Shown piece by piece: positions 27,489 to 40,900 of a stretch of 64,000 bases of DNA. Positions within the stretch are counted from its first letter, which is position 1. Each line of letters starts with the position of its first letter. Origin of the DNA: Callorhinchus milii (lineage: Eukaryota); assembly GCF_018977255.1 (NCBI RefSeq), contig NW_024704742.1, positions 29,390,001-29,454,000 on the forward strand. Direction: 5' to 3'. The notes beneath the pieces are model-generated. The model saw nothing but the letters and a program-made list of their open reading frames with translations, was not told the origin of the DNA and searched no databases. Position numbers and translations under genes: made by a program.

Positions 27489-28149
27489 CTAGGGAGGGAG
27501 GGAGGGAAGGGGGGATGCATGATAAGGAACCTACGCAAGATTCATGTTGAGATGTTCCTTTCAAGTCTTGACCTCTACAGGCTTTTGCATTGGAGGACGT
27601 CTCAAAGCCCTTACACCAGATTTACTGTACAACTTGATGACTATGTATTTTATGGGCATCTGCTAATAAATATAATCCCTGCATTTGGTATAGCTCCTTT
27701 CATGTCAGGAAGACATCAAAGTGCTACACAGGATTTACTATGTAGTGGAGTGACTGTCTATATGTAGAGTAACACAGCAGCCTATTTGCACAAAGCAATG
27801 TCCCACAAACAGTCATGAAGTGAATGACCAATTTTATCTGGGAGACTGTTGGCTAGGACACCAGAAGAAGATTCTCTTTTTGAAAAAGGGCATAGGATCG
27901 TTAATGTACACTTGAACAGACAGTCGCGACCTTAGCTTAATGGCTCATCTGAAGGACAGCACCTTCAACTGTACAGCAGCCCTCTCTCCCCCAGTACAAC
28001 ATTGGAGTGTCAGCCTAGATTATGTGAGTTTAAATTCCCGACATGGGGTTTGAACCCACAATCCTCTGACTCAGAAATAAGAATGCTACTGACTGAGCCA
28101 GGCTGATATCCCTGTGTCCCTTTGCAAGCACATATTATAATAATAATAA

Positions 28150-28492
28150 TATAAATAGGCTGTTGTGTTAGTCCACATTTGATATAGTGGTTTATATCAT
28201 GTCTTCGAGATGTCTCAAAGTGTTTCACAGAATTGTCTGTATATTTTGTAGGTGAAACGTGGCAGCCAATTACACACAGCAGTGACCCACAAACAGACAT
28301 TACCTTTTTTAAGGGTTTATTACACCCAGAAAAGCAGTCCACCAATTGACTAATAATCGGCTTCCTACTTACTGCTAAGTAAACAGAGGTGTGGAGTAAG
28401 GAAATTTGCTTAACGTTTCGCCCTTCCTAGGAATCAATCCCAGGTCCTCTCGCTTGTGAGGCAAGTGCTCTAATCGATACACTACAGGCCTC
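28150..28492 (-). mobile_element. degraded tRNA-derived SINE
   Basis: Head, central domain and tail recognisable but diverged. Confidence 0.75.
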
Positions 28493-28860
28493 CACAAATA
28501 TTACAGTGTATTATACAAGTAATTCAAAAGCAAGTTCACCACACCTAACAGCAACGTAAAACAAATGAACCTTTAAACCACAAAGGACAAGCTGCGTACA
28601 CTTCTATTTTGACCAGATATACCTGTTGGGGTGTTAGCTGAATCCTGAAAGTCCAACTCACCAACTCTGAATTGGCCTGGGGTCCGGACTGGGCTCCTTG
28701 AAATTCTCTAAAACAATTCCTGATGACTGAGGATCATTGACACAGCTTTCTACTTCTCTCAGCCACACCCTATGCTGAACTATGGGGCACATCGGTGAGA
28801 TTTCATGTAAGGCAGCATCTCAGGTAGAGAGTAGCAATGGTAAATGAGAGAACAGTGAAC

Positions 28861-28913
28861 TTACATCAGCAGCAGGTGCGCTTCCTCCATTGCATTCTCA
28901 GGAGCGGCATCTG
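28861..28913 (-). CDS. MGARP: MGARP putative last coding segment ([16 protein letters not shown])
   Basis: gtctttgtgtag| phase-1 acceptor and in-frame TAA at 28863-28861; a downstream donor at 28623 suggests the exon was once longer. Confidence 0.5.
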
Positions 28914-31900
28914 CTACACAAAGACAATCAGATTAGGGTGCACAGTTTTATTCGAAAGGCAAACTGATTTGGCCTAATGTGTGAGAGAAACACGTATATA
29001 AAATGTGTGTTCTGGCACAGAGATCATTTAAACTGCAGTTTTCCTGTTTAAGGGCTTTTTCAATCCCAATGGCGAATTACCCTTGGGGCACCATCATGGC
29101 TGAGCCCAGTCCTGTCCTTACTACCATATGTATTCCAGTGGGGAATCTCCACCAATTTCTGCCTATCCATAGCTTGTGAACCCTGCATCCAATTGTGCAT
29201 TGGCACCCCCACCCTGTTTCAAATCAACGTTTCCGCACAGACCGGGCAACAAACCTGGTCTGGTCTGTATGACTCAGTGCCATACCTATTTGGGATATTT
29301 TGTCACTGAGACATGGGGAGAGTGAAGGAGGGTGGGGGGGGCATGCGGGGATATAACAATTAAAGTAACAGTTACTGAAGTAAACAAAATGGAACAGGCT
29401 CCCTCTGGAGACAGCGGAAGCAAATGTGTTGATTCTTTCAAGAGCAAATTAGATAGATTTCTGTTAGAAAATAATATCTCAGGATACAATGTATAGTTTG
29501 GGTCACAACACACACATGCGACTGCCAAGCTGGTGGAAGGCAAACTGGAAGGTCCTTGGTCTCCTTTGGCCTAGAAAATTCTTATGTTCTTATGAAGTGA
29601 ACAGAAAGGAAGAGTTATGCACAGAACCAAACACATACCTTTAACGTCTTGAACAAGATCTGCAGGAACTCCCTGGTTCCCTGGTCCATCTTCAACAGTT
29701 GAAGGGGCCTCAATGGCTAGTGGATCTTCAGGTGTCTCAGTAGTTTCTTCTGTTACCTTCCCTGGAGGAGAACTAAGGAGGACTAAGGAAGCAGCTATGT
29801 TTGGATCGGCTACACCTGAAGTCACCTCCTCAGCTGACGGAGTGTCAACTTTCTCGCTGGTTTCTTCTGAGATGCAGGTTGGGGGCTCCTCGGGATCAGA
29901 CGGGGGAGTAGACGTCAGTAAAAGAAATTCCTCATTGATTGAAAACAATCTTTCTGAAACCAATACCGTGAACACAAGACAAGTGAGAAGTCGGCATGGA
30001 AATGAATCATTATAATTATCTTTACATTTGATATAGGGCTCTTCATGTCATGAGGATCTCCCAAAGCGCTTCACGGGATATATTTTTATATTTTCAATGT
30101 CACCCGTCCAGTTTGAGTCTGAACAGTTTGCTTTGGGTTGTGGGTGGGGAGGTGCATAGAGAGAGGGAGAAAGAGAGAAAAAAAGAAAGGAGAGCAGAAA
30201 GTTTTAACCCATAACTGGATGCCAAATGTGAGATTTTTTAATCTATTTCATTGTTTCATTTGTTTCTGTGTCTTCTCATATGGAAGTGTCCATTATTAAG
30301 ATCAATAATGGTTTCCATAAAGTTGGTTAATTAATAAATTAAATGGAACTAAAGCCATGCCACACCCACCCTCTCCCCCGATCACCCCCACCCTCTCCCC
30401 CGATCACCCCCACCCTCTCCCCCGATCACCCCCACCCTCTCCCCCGATCACCCCCACCCTCTCCCCACAAACCACTAATCCTCTCCTTAGCTCCAGTCTT
30501 GAATTGAGTCATAAAAACACAGACATAAAAAACTACAGCATCGAAGCAGCCATTCAGTCAGCACTGGCTCACACAGCAAGGAAATCACTTCAGTCGCACT
30601 GCACTACCTTATCCCCATACCCCTTCAAGCTTTTGTATTCCTGCCTACTTCCTCCATGAAAGCTAGTCAAGGGCAACCACCCTTATCAATTTGCATGATT
30701 AAGAGAACACCTTCTGATATCTGAACTTTGTTTTGTGCAGCAACATCATGGCTCTCTGGGTTTTCTTCAACAGAAGAAGGGACTTCCTCACTCAGCGGAG
30801 CCTTAGCGCTCTCACAGTTTTCTGAGTCAGTGCAGGAGGCCTCTTCATTAGCAGAAACAGCAGCTATAAAAATAGAATAATGACTGGCAGCAGGACACAT
30901 AAATTCAGCAAGTCTCTGTCTCTAAAGCAAAGAGAGCGAGCAACACAAATGAATAAACAGCACATGCAAACAGATCCTCAGCAGACAGCACTTCAATGTT
31001 GGGCAACATATTGATGTTTGAACAGGTTTATAACAGTGAAATTATCCTGAAACTACTAGTACCAGATTTCACTATTGGGGACGAAAGTGCAGTATTTTCT
31101 TTTACCGAATTTCAAGTCAAATGGATCAGACAAAATATACTTGTGTTTGTTCTGTGTGGAAATAAAACATGCATTCAACAATGTTTTAGAATTACAATAA
31201 TGGGAATATATTCTTATTTTATTTCTAAGACATTGTTGAATGCATTCTTCAGCAAAACTAATGTTTTAGAAATCCCCAAATTACACATTTCTTGTTAAGA
31301 AAGACTACAAATTAGACTCCATAGGTGTCTATAAAGGGGTCAGTATCACTAGAAACAATATTCACCATGTAATCATCATCCAAGTTCTAGCCAGTCTCCA
31401 CTGACTCCCTCTCTCCCCTACATATTGATGTCAAGCTCCTCACCTCACCTACAAATCCATCCAATGCCTGGCAGCTCTGTATGCCTTCTCCAATCTCCTC
31501 CTACCCCACTCCTCTGCCCGCTCTCTTCACTCAGCTAACTTGGGCTTCGCACCACCATCGGTGGTTGAGCTTTCAGTTCCTATGCTCCCAAACTTTGGAA
31601 CTCCTTTCCTATATCATTCGTCTCGCCCATCTGCTTCTGACTTGAAATCCCACCTCAAATGCCTATGGCCACCTTTCTCTCATGCTCTCTCCTCCCCCTT
31701 GCTCAGTGTCCAATCCTATCTCTATGAAGCCCTCCGAGACGTTAGCCTAGGTCAAGGACAGTATATTAACCCAAGTTGTTTTTGCATAGTTTAGTACAGC
31801 GAAATCAGGTCCAAATTCTTAATAGTATTAACAAGCCAGTCCTTGATCAGCTCTTTGATAACATGAAAAAACGGTGCATCGAATGTTCCGAGAGCATGAG

Positions 31901-34900
31901 GGAGGGAGTCCTATACCGCAGTTGTGGGTGTGAATCCCACTTTGAGTACAACCTCCTCCAGGAGTACTAAAGCAAAGAGTCAGCATCTTCAGAAGATTAG
32001 AGCAGACAACTTCTAAGGGAAAAGAGCATTAAAATTGATTGTGAAAGAAGGGGAGGCTGTGCTTTTGAACACACTCAGTCTAGTTTGCATTGAGTGGCGG
32101 AAATGTGGCTGTGGGGGGAGCTAAAGGCGGAAGGTAAATATGCACGCAATTCCTGAAAATATATGACATGCATCCCCGCCTTCCCTGAAGATATTGCCAA
32201 CGCTGGGGTAGTTACATTGTTGCGTGCAGTTTGTGGGTACCCCACTTATGTGTTGTTCAGAGCTACTTGGGGAAGAAATTCTAGCTTTGACTTTTTTCTT
32301 AGCATTTCAAATCGAGCACGTTTTGGACAATTTTCAAATTCAGTCTGATTTATGAAACCAAGTTGTTGAAGGGTTCTTGAAATACCCTTAAACATTAAAG
32401 AGCGAATTTAAGAATTGTCCAAAATTTGCATGCTCTGAAATATTAAAAATAAAGTCTTGTCTAGACCCAGGCAGAACTTGTCCCTTAATATTTATTGAAA
32501 GGACACATGCAGTACTCAGGACTACCACAAAGAGTCAGAAATCAGTAAAAATATTCATGAGGTTAGAATCATAGAATCTTACAGCACGGAAGGAGGCTGC
32601 CGCGTTTGCCCACAAATATACAGTCAGTTCACCTTACAGTGTATTCTGTGAAGCGCTTTGGGACGTCCTCCCGACGTGAAAAGCGCTATATCAAATGCAA
32701 GGATTATTATTATTATTCGGCCCATCGTGCCTATGATGGCCTCTTTGAAAGAGCTATCCAACTCGTCCCAAGAATTGACCGATTTTAAAAAATGCAATCA
32801 TCTTTTTATAAAGTAACAACACTTGTTGCATTCAATGTGAGCGAGCATGGGAATCGTTACAGCAGAAAGGTTTTATGTTCCACCTCACGCACAATTATTT
32901 TCAATGAAGTCAATATCATGCTTATAATATACTCGAACAAAATTCACTAGAGCTGCGGAATTCTGATTCAACAATAACGACAAATTACATTTGTATAGCA
33001 CCTTTCACCTGGGGAGGTTGACCCAAAGTGCTGGACAGTCAAGGATTTACACCCGGGCTGGGGGTTGGGATCAGGACACGTGGAGAGAAAGGAGGGTGAC
33101 TGAAGAGGCGGTCAAAAAGGAGGGTCTTGAGATGGGCCTCAAAGGAAGCAAGGGAGTTGGTGAAGCAAAGGGACTGTGGGATAGAGTTCCAAAGGGTGGG
33201 GACAGAGGAACTGAAGGCCTGATGGTGGGGCAGGCAGGGCCGTGGAACAGGATGGAGTCTGCTGAGCAGAGGGAGTAGACAGGCCGGTATAGGGTTAGCA
33301 GGTCACAGAGGTAGAGAGGAGCAAGGCTGTGGAGGGCTTTGAAAGTGAGCTACTTCAGCTACATTTGGGCATGAAACTTAGGAGTGGGGTATGGGGTGCG
33401 AAGTCTTCACAAAGTCACAATGAAAGTTTGGATGAAGAAACTCTGGGCCCATTTGATCTCATCCTTCCACAATACCAATCTCACCACCCTTCCCATTACA
33501 GTATCAAGTGTTTTCGCTGATTCCAGTGGCCTAGCCTCCACCAACGTTCCTGGCGTCTCTATTTGTACCCTGTTTATCTCAGCTTCGATTGTTCCATAGG
33601 GTCCAGCATTCCTGTGGCACTTTGCCACAAACGCTATTCATGAACAGTGAGTGTCAGCAGGCTGTTCAACCATGCGAGGCATCACAGCCAAGCCCAAACT
33701 GTTCTCTCCAGACACCCACAAGTGCATTTTCTACCAGGAGTGGACCTAACTATTCTCTCTCCTCCTCCACCCCCCACCTCACACATACACACAGCTCAAG
33801 ATTTCAATAAAGATCAATGCAGTTGGTGCTGCAGCTGGTGCATAATGTAGCCAATGTTGGCACATGAACCGAATGCTTGGCAGCTATCCTGTTCTTTTTG
33901 TCTGCTGCTCGGGGCTATTTTTCAGAGTTCAAACAGATGAGATCTTCATACAGAAATCTCTCTGTACAGAAATGTTTTTGAAAGAACGGCTGGAGCCCGG
34001 AGCCTGTCGCCCCTGTCTCTGCCAAGCCGTTGGTCTGCAGGTCAACAATCCACTCTCTGCTTGGCAAGAAGATCTTTCCACATTGACCTGAAGGTGTCTC
34101 CTCTCTCTATTACCCACTGCCACTCTGTGACTGACATCAACGTACACATGCTCGTGGCTTTTGGATACAGGTTGCAACTCACCACTGAATGCAGCGGTCA
34201 TATGGCTCAAAGGGCTTGGTTTAATATCAGGGCAAAGTTCCTTGCCCTCGGCCCTCCGGTAAATCACCGCTTTATTGCATTCACTGAGAAACATGCCATG
34301 ACATACATCATGCAACCCCACAACTTGCTTCATTTAGCTAAGCCCGCTCTGCTAACAACTTACAGGTTTACTGAATGAAGCTGATTTCAAAATTCCTAGG
34401 AATTCCTAGCAAATTGCAATCAAGTGTAGTGACTGGAAACACAGCAGCCAACTTGCCCGCAGCAACATTTCACAAACAGCCACGTAGTGAATGCCCAATT
34501 TATCTGGAAGATTGTTGGCTACAACAACATGAGAAACACCTTCTCTTTGAAAATAGTGTGAAGAGATTTTTACTATCCACCTGAACAGACAAACTTAACT
34601 TCAGTTTAATGTATCATCCAGAGGATGCACTTCTGACAATGCAGCACCACACCCCCCACAGCACTGCACAACAATGTTAACTTAGTGCATTCAAGATCTT
34701 TGCTTGGGGTTTAAATCTACAAGCTTCTGATCCGAGAAAAGAGTACGAGCCAGTTTGGCAACATTGCACAGCTCTTAAACATAGAGAGGGAGAGAACTTT
34801 GCGAATAACAGACTGCATCTAGTTCTGTATATTCACCCATGAAATAGAAATTTCCATATTCTGTTTACGTGACTGTAATACAACAACAAAATTACATTTG

Positions 34901-37900
34901 TATAGCACCTTTCACGTCGGGAGGACATCCCAAGGTGCTGGACTAGAAGTGTTTCGGACCAGTACACATAAGAGATTCGATAGGGTACATAGAGAGAAAT
35001 GATTTCCTCTGGTGGGGAATCCAGATCAAGGAGCTCTAAAATTAGACCTAGGCCATTTAGGAGTGAAATCAAGCATTTCTTCACGCCAAGGTGGTGGAAA
35101 TCTGGAACTCTCTCCCCCAGTAGGCTGCTCATGCTGGATCAATCGAAGACTGAGTTGGATAGATTTTTGTTAGGTCAGTGTATCAAGGGATATGGATCAA
35201 AGGTAGGTAAAGCCACCTCCACTGCCTTAAGGCACAGGTGCATGCTGAGTGCACCTGGCTCAAATTCAATGTAACAGCCCATCGGCAGATCTGGCTGGAC
35301 CTTATCAAATCTTACCGCTCTGCCCTCGACTCCACTAAATCGTCATTCTACTCCAAGACAATCTTCGAGGCCAAGGAAAACCCCAGGCTCCTCTTCTCCA
35401 TCGCCAACCGATTACTCCACCCACCCTCTCACACCTCATCCATCCTCTCCTCCAAAGCCAACTGTGAGGCAATTCTGGACTTCCTCGAAACCAAAGTTGA
35501 GGGGATCCACTCAGCTGCCTCTGCCCTTCCATCTACTAGCCCCTCCCCATCTCCTCCTCACATCCAGCCCTGCCCATCCCTCCCTCCACACCTTCGAACC
35601 TGTCTCCCACTCCTCTCTCACCACCACTAAAACCCGCAGGAAACCAACCACCTGCTCTCTCAACCCCATCCCTACCCCTCTCCTTAACTCCCAGCTCTAC
35701 CCCCTTGCCCCCTCTACTCACAGACTTCATAAACCTCTAACTGCTCACTGGCACTGTTTCCATCCCTTTAAAAATGGCTGTCATTGCTCCTATCCTTAAA
35801 AACCCTCTCTGGACCCATCCTGCTCCCAAACTACTGCTCCATCTCCAACATCCCTTTCCTTTCCAAGATCCTGGAACGAGTTTTTGCTTCCCAGCTTTGC
35901 TCCTTCCTCTCCCGCCACTCCCGTCACAAACCCCTCCGATCAGATTTCTGTGCCACCCACAGCACAGAAACGGCTTTGGTCAAGGTGACAAATGACATTC
36001 TGTTCATCTGTGACCAGGGCTCCCTCTGCCTCCTCATCCACTTTGCTACCTTCAATACCGTTGACCATTCTATCTTCCTCCACCCCTTCTCCTCTCACCT
36101 CAACCTTTATGGTTCTGTCCTTGACATCTCACACTATCTCCACTTCATCTCCACAAACGGTTTCTCCTCTAGTCCCCACACCATCTCGTGTGGCGTTCCT
36201 CAGGGCTCTGTCCTTGGTCCTCTCCACTTCAATATCTATATATTCCCTCTTGGTGACATCATCCAAAGACATGGGGTCAACTTTCGCTGACCCTCAATTA
36301 TCCTTTCTACCCCACATCCATGCCATGACCCACTCTGTCTTCCCCCACCATCAACATCGCCCGGCTCCGCCATTGTCTCATCCCCATCCTCGCCCGACTC
36401 CACCGGCTTCCCATCATACAGAGGATACAGTTCACGATCCTCGATTCTGTACACAAAGTAGTTGAGAACTGGGAGCACAAAGAGGTCAAGAATGGAAAAC
36501 AAGTAATAGGGATTTGATAATGGACACTAAGGTTAGAAAGATATTGCAGAGTTTCACTAAATTACCCCTGGAGATCAGTGCAATAGTTTATAGGATATTG
36601 CTGCAAATAGGTTGCAAATCCATAATAGAGCAAGTTGTATAGAAGAAACGGGCTTGGTGAGCTTCACATCCAAACTTTTGCAGTCTCTTAAGCTCATTAT
36701 TTACATCACATTGACAACACCAGCCTTTAAGTTTCAATGTCGCCTTTTATTATTATTATTATTGCACTCTTCACAAACTGTTACACAGAGAATCTAAAGC
36801 AACTATGTCTTCTTGAACTATCCATATAAGATGGTCAAATCCCACATGTCAAGCATGGTAAGGAATTAATTCACGTATTTTACTAAACAGCAGTCTTGCA
36901 GATCATTAAAACTATCAAACTGAAAAAATACAACTTGTCTAATTTGTGAGATTCCTTAATACAGAATCTGAGCAAATTGGGCTTCTCCCAGTAACAGGAA
37001 GTGTGTTATTTCAACCTGTGATCTCCTCTACAATACCATCTACTTCCAGAACACAGTTCCTGCAGGTTGATGAAAAGAATTCCCACAAATTAGACCCTAT
37101 TATATCCTTATTACTGTTATTTCACACGTGTGTCTGGAACTATAACTGCTGGTAATCATAGTGGCCAAGATATCTAAAGACTACCTATGCTCACTCTTGA
37201 CTGACAGTGACTCTTTTGTTTTGAGCTGTTTTATGGTTGGTGAGAAGGAACGTGCATTTAACAGAGGGAGGAACAATTCGACCGTTCAATTCAAAACTCT
37301 TTACACTCGTTCTGCTGGAAACACAACCCACAACTAGTATTTGTGTTTAGTTGTGAAAGAGATCAATCAGTTAGTGCATGCATTTGATGCTATGATTTTA
37401 AGTCTAATTCTATTGGAATGTCAGCCAGGGGAAATCTCCAGAGAAATCATAAGGCGGCACTGTTCTGCTATTGTCAGCCTACTCTGGCAATAAAATTAGC
37501 TTTAACACACATGTTAGCATGGCAAATTCTTTTCAGAAGTAATACAGCAATTGCCAAAAATTGCATTAAACTTTTTGTCTTCAAAATCTGTAAAGTATTA
37601 TTCAATACCTGTAAAAACAGTTTTTTTCACATCTCAAGGCTTCTAGAGTTAATTATTTGGATGAGTAGAGAAAGTAAGATGGAAATTAAACTGAAAAGAG
37701 AGGCATACAGTGAATCTAAAGAGAGAGTCAAGGAAAAAGGGCTCAGTGATGAGTTATCTGGAGTGGCGAGTTAGACATGTGTATAAATACATAAATAAAT
37801 GCCGTTGGGATATTAACATCATGATGACGTAAGTGGTGGTTAAGCCAAGGTCGAGTTATTAAGAGTTTACTACAGATAGATATCTATAAAGAAATAACTT

Positions 37901-40900
37901 GTAGGGGTATGGGCATAAAGAATTGCTCTTTCAAAGAGTCAGCATGAATATTATGGGCCAAATTGTCTTCTGTACTGTAAATATCTATGTTTATATGGTT
38001 GTGATATCCTAAAAATATGAACACTTTAAAAGCTGTATTTTGATCGCTAGTTATCTGTTGAGCCTTGTAATGTTTCTCAGTCCACAACTCTGGCATATTA
38101 AGTAATTCCTCTTTCTCTCTTTTTCTGTCTCTCTCTCAATTTCTCTCTCTTTCTCTCTTGAATCATATTCCACTATTTTAATCAATCTTGGCAAATCTTT
38201 TATGCCATCGGTCCCCTTACCCCTTTTGCTATACCCCTTAATACCTCTATTACCCAAGTATCTGTCTTCCTCTCTTTTAAGCTTTTTACATAGATTTACA
38301 TATACTGGACCACATGGAAACAGGACATTCATCCCAACTAATCCATGCTGGTGTTCACATGAGTCTCCATCCACTCCTTACTCTCTCCCATACCCTGCTT
38401 TTGCCTTCTCCCTCATGTGGATATCACTTGATGAGAAATTTACCATATTCTCACTTCTGCCCTGAATTTCCCACAATCTCATGGATTAGGTTTATTAAAA
38501 GCACCCTTTTTGTAACAATGACATAAGTGGCAGAAGGGGAGGGAACTGTCATACAAGTTTGAGTAAATCCAACCAGTGTAGGTTGACAAGTGGGATACCT
38601 CAGGCATCTAATAATAATAATCATCCATAAAGAGAGTTGCATGGTTTGATATTACATCTAGTGAAGCATGCAATTTTTGTCTGTAAAGCTTGGTTAACCT
38701 GGAACTGCAGTATCCTTCGAGTTGCTTTTGGTCTCTCCCTCCTTTTTGGCTGGGGCAGCTTTCTCTGATGGAGGCTCCGTGGGCTGTGCATCTGCAGCAA
38801 GATCTATGGGCTCTTCAACATCGCACAGCTCAGCTGTAGCAGCTTTGGCCTCTTCACTCAAATCTAATCATTGGTTGAACATAACCACATCAGAACATGT
38901 CAATTGAAGAACTGTTGACATCTTTAAACAGGAACTCCACCCCAATCAGTGCTGTGCGCAGAGGAGTCTGCAAGAATGCAGTCACTCTACTGAAAGTCAG
39001 GGTTGGGTCACATTAGGATGCTATGGGGAGGAATTTTACAGGGTGGGATATGATAATTATGATCATTACCATTAGTAATAACAATCATATCACACGTTGC
39101 AAATTCACCCTCCCTCCTACCATGGATATTAACACAAAGCTCTTGTCGTACTCAAGAAACCCAATCCAAATTTGTTAGAAGGGTCATGGCACACAATGCT
39201 ACAAATAGAAGCTGGCCTGAAGAGTTCCCTGCTTGGCATCTCCACAGTGCATGGCACTGTGTAACCAAACCCTGACCACAGCGATAAGAAGCGTACATAT
39301 GCAATGGCGACTGAGGTGGAGTTTCCCATTGAAATCTTTGCCAAAAGGCTAGAACTTAAAATGCTCAGACGTCACATTAAACCAGCCGTGCAACATGCAA
39401 TCTGATCGATAACCCAAACAACAGGCAACCGTTAAGCTGGGACTTCAAACCAAGTAAAAGGAAAGGAGAGGACAAATGACGAAGGTAAGAAATGGACAGA
39501 CAGCAAAGGAAAAATGACAAATGGAAGGTACAGTAATTCTGCTTTTTATAAAGTGTCTCTGAGAGTCACACAACCAACGTTCCAGCAAAGAACATGTTAA
39601 AGAGACTGTGCTTAATACCGCCTCTCCTGTAAGGGGCCCATAAATGAAGCATAGTCCATCAGACAGCATTATACTGAGGAGCTACTGCACTAGACATGGT
39701 AGCAGATGCACAAACAGAAAAATGCTTAAGACAGCAGCCTGAAAAACATGTCCAGCATTCAACAAACACCAATTCTATAAATGCAGTAACCAAAACATTT
39801 GATTTCTAAATTTGGCACAAACTCACACACTGCTTTCACTTGCTAACAAAACTGCTGAACAGATCTTCAAGCCTTTCTGTTGCTGATGTAAGTTATTTTT
39901 TTCAATCAATTGACAGTAGTAAGCATAACACTCATTCAGGAAATAAATAATAATTCCCGTTCGGACTGAAAGACAAGGGTCACGAGAGGATTGTCCACTG
40001 AAAACTCATCCATGTTTCTGACAGATGATTTTCTGGAACGAAAGAAAGAAAGAACTTGCATTTTTACATCATCTTATCACGTCAAAGTGCTTGTTTCTCT
40101 AGCAATTGTTGCCAAGTGTGTGACCTTTTTTTATAGGCAAATATGATAGCCAGTAAGGACACACAAATAGCTGTGAGGTGAATTGTTGGTCAGGACACTG
40201 GGAGAAACTCCTTTCTCTTCTTGAATAATGCCATGGAACAGGACCTTGGTTTTATAATAATAATCCTTGCATTTGATATAGCGCTTTTCACGTCGGGAGG
40301 ACGTCCCAAAGCGCTTCACAGAACACACTGTAAAGTGAATTGACTGTATATTTGTGGGCAAACGCGGCAGCCAATTGCACACAGCAATGTTCCACCAACA
40401 GTCGTAGATTGAAAATGACCAATTTATTATTGTTTTTGGTTTTTGGAGAGATTATTATTAGGCTCTGTGTGGAGTAAGGAAACTTGCCCAAGGTTTCGCC
40501 CTCTGCCTGGAATTGAACTCAGGTCTCTCGCTTGCAAAGCGAGTGCTCTAACCACTGAGCTACAGGATTCATCTTCTCTGATAATACAGTGCCCCTCTCA
40601 TACTGCCCTGGAGTGTCAGCCCGGATGATGTGCTCAAGTTCCATGAGGGGTTTGTAAGATGTAGGGTAAAAAGTATTAACAGCATTCTACAAAAGAAGTC
40701 AAAACTTCCATATTATTACTCTCTTTTTATTAAATGTACCAAAAAATCGTAAAGGGCTCATTCTGTCTTTGTTAGATAATATTGATAAGGGAAATGTACA
40801 ATAGGAAATAAATAATAACAACTTGCATTTAGATGGTACCTTTCACATATAATCAAAGTTCTCAAAACACTTTATAAAACAATATGTGTTTAATCAGAAA

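Noticed and set aside
29713..30015. Plus-strand Ser-rich ORF (also 38722-38907 and 23049-23423)
   Set aside because: Antisense of minus-strand exons
40495..40570. tRNA-Ala(TGC) genes (also ~1343, 11130, 43550, 45575, 49965, 55025)
   Set aside because: Each is attached to a SINE body and tail, so they are SINE heads rather than tRNA genes
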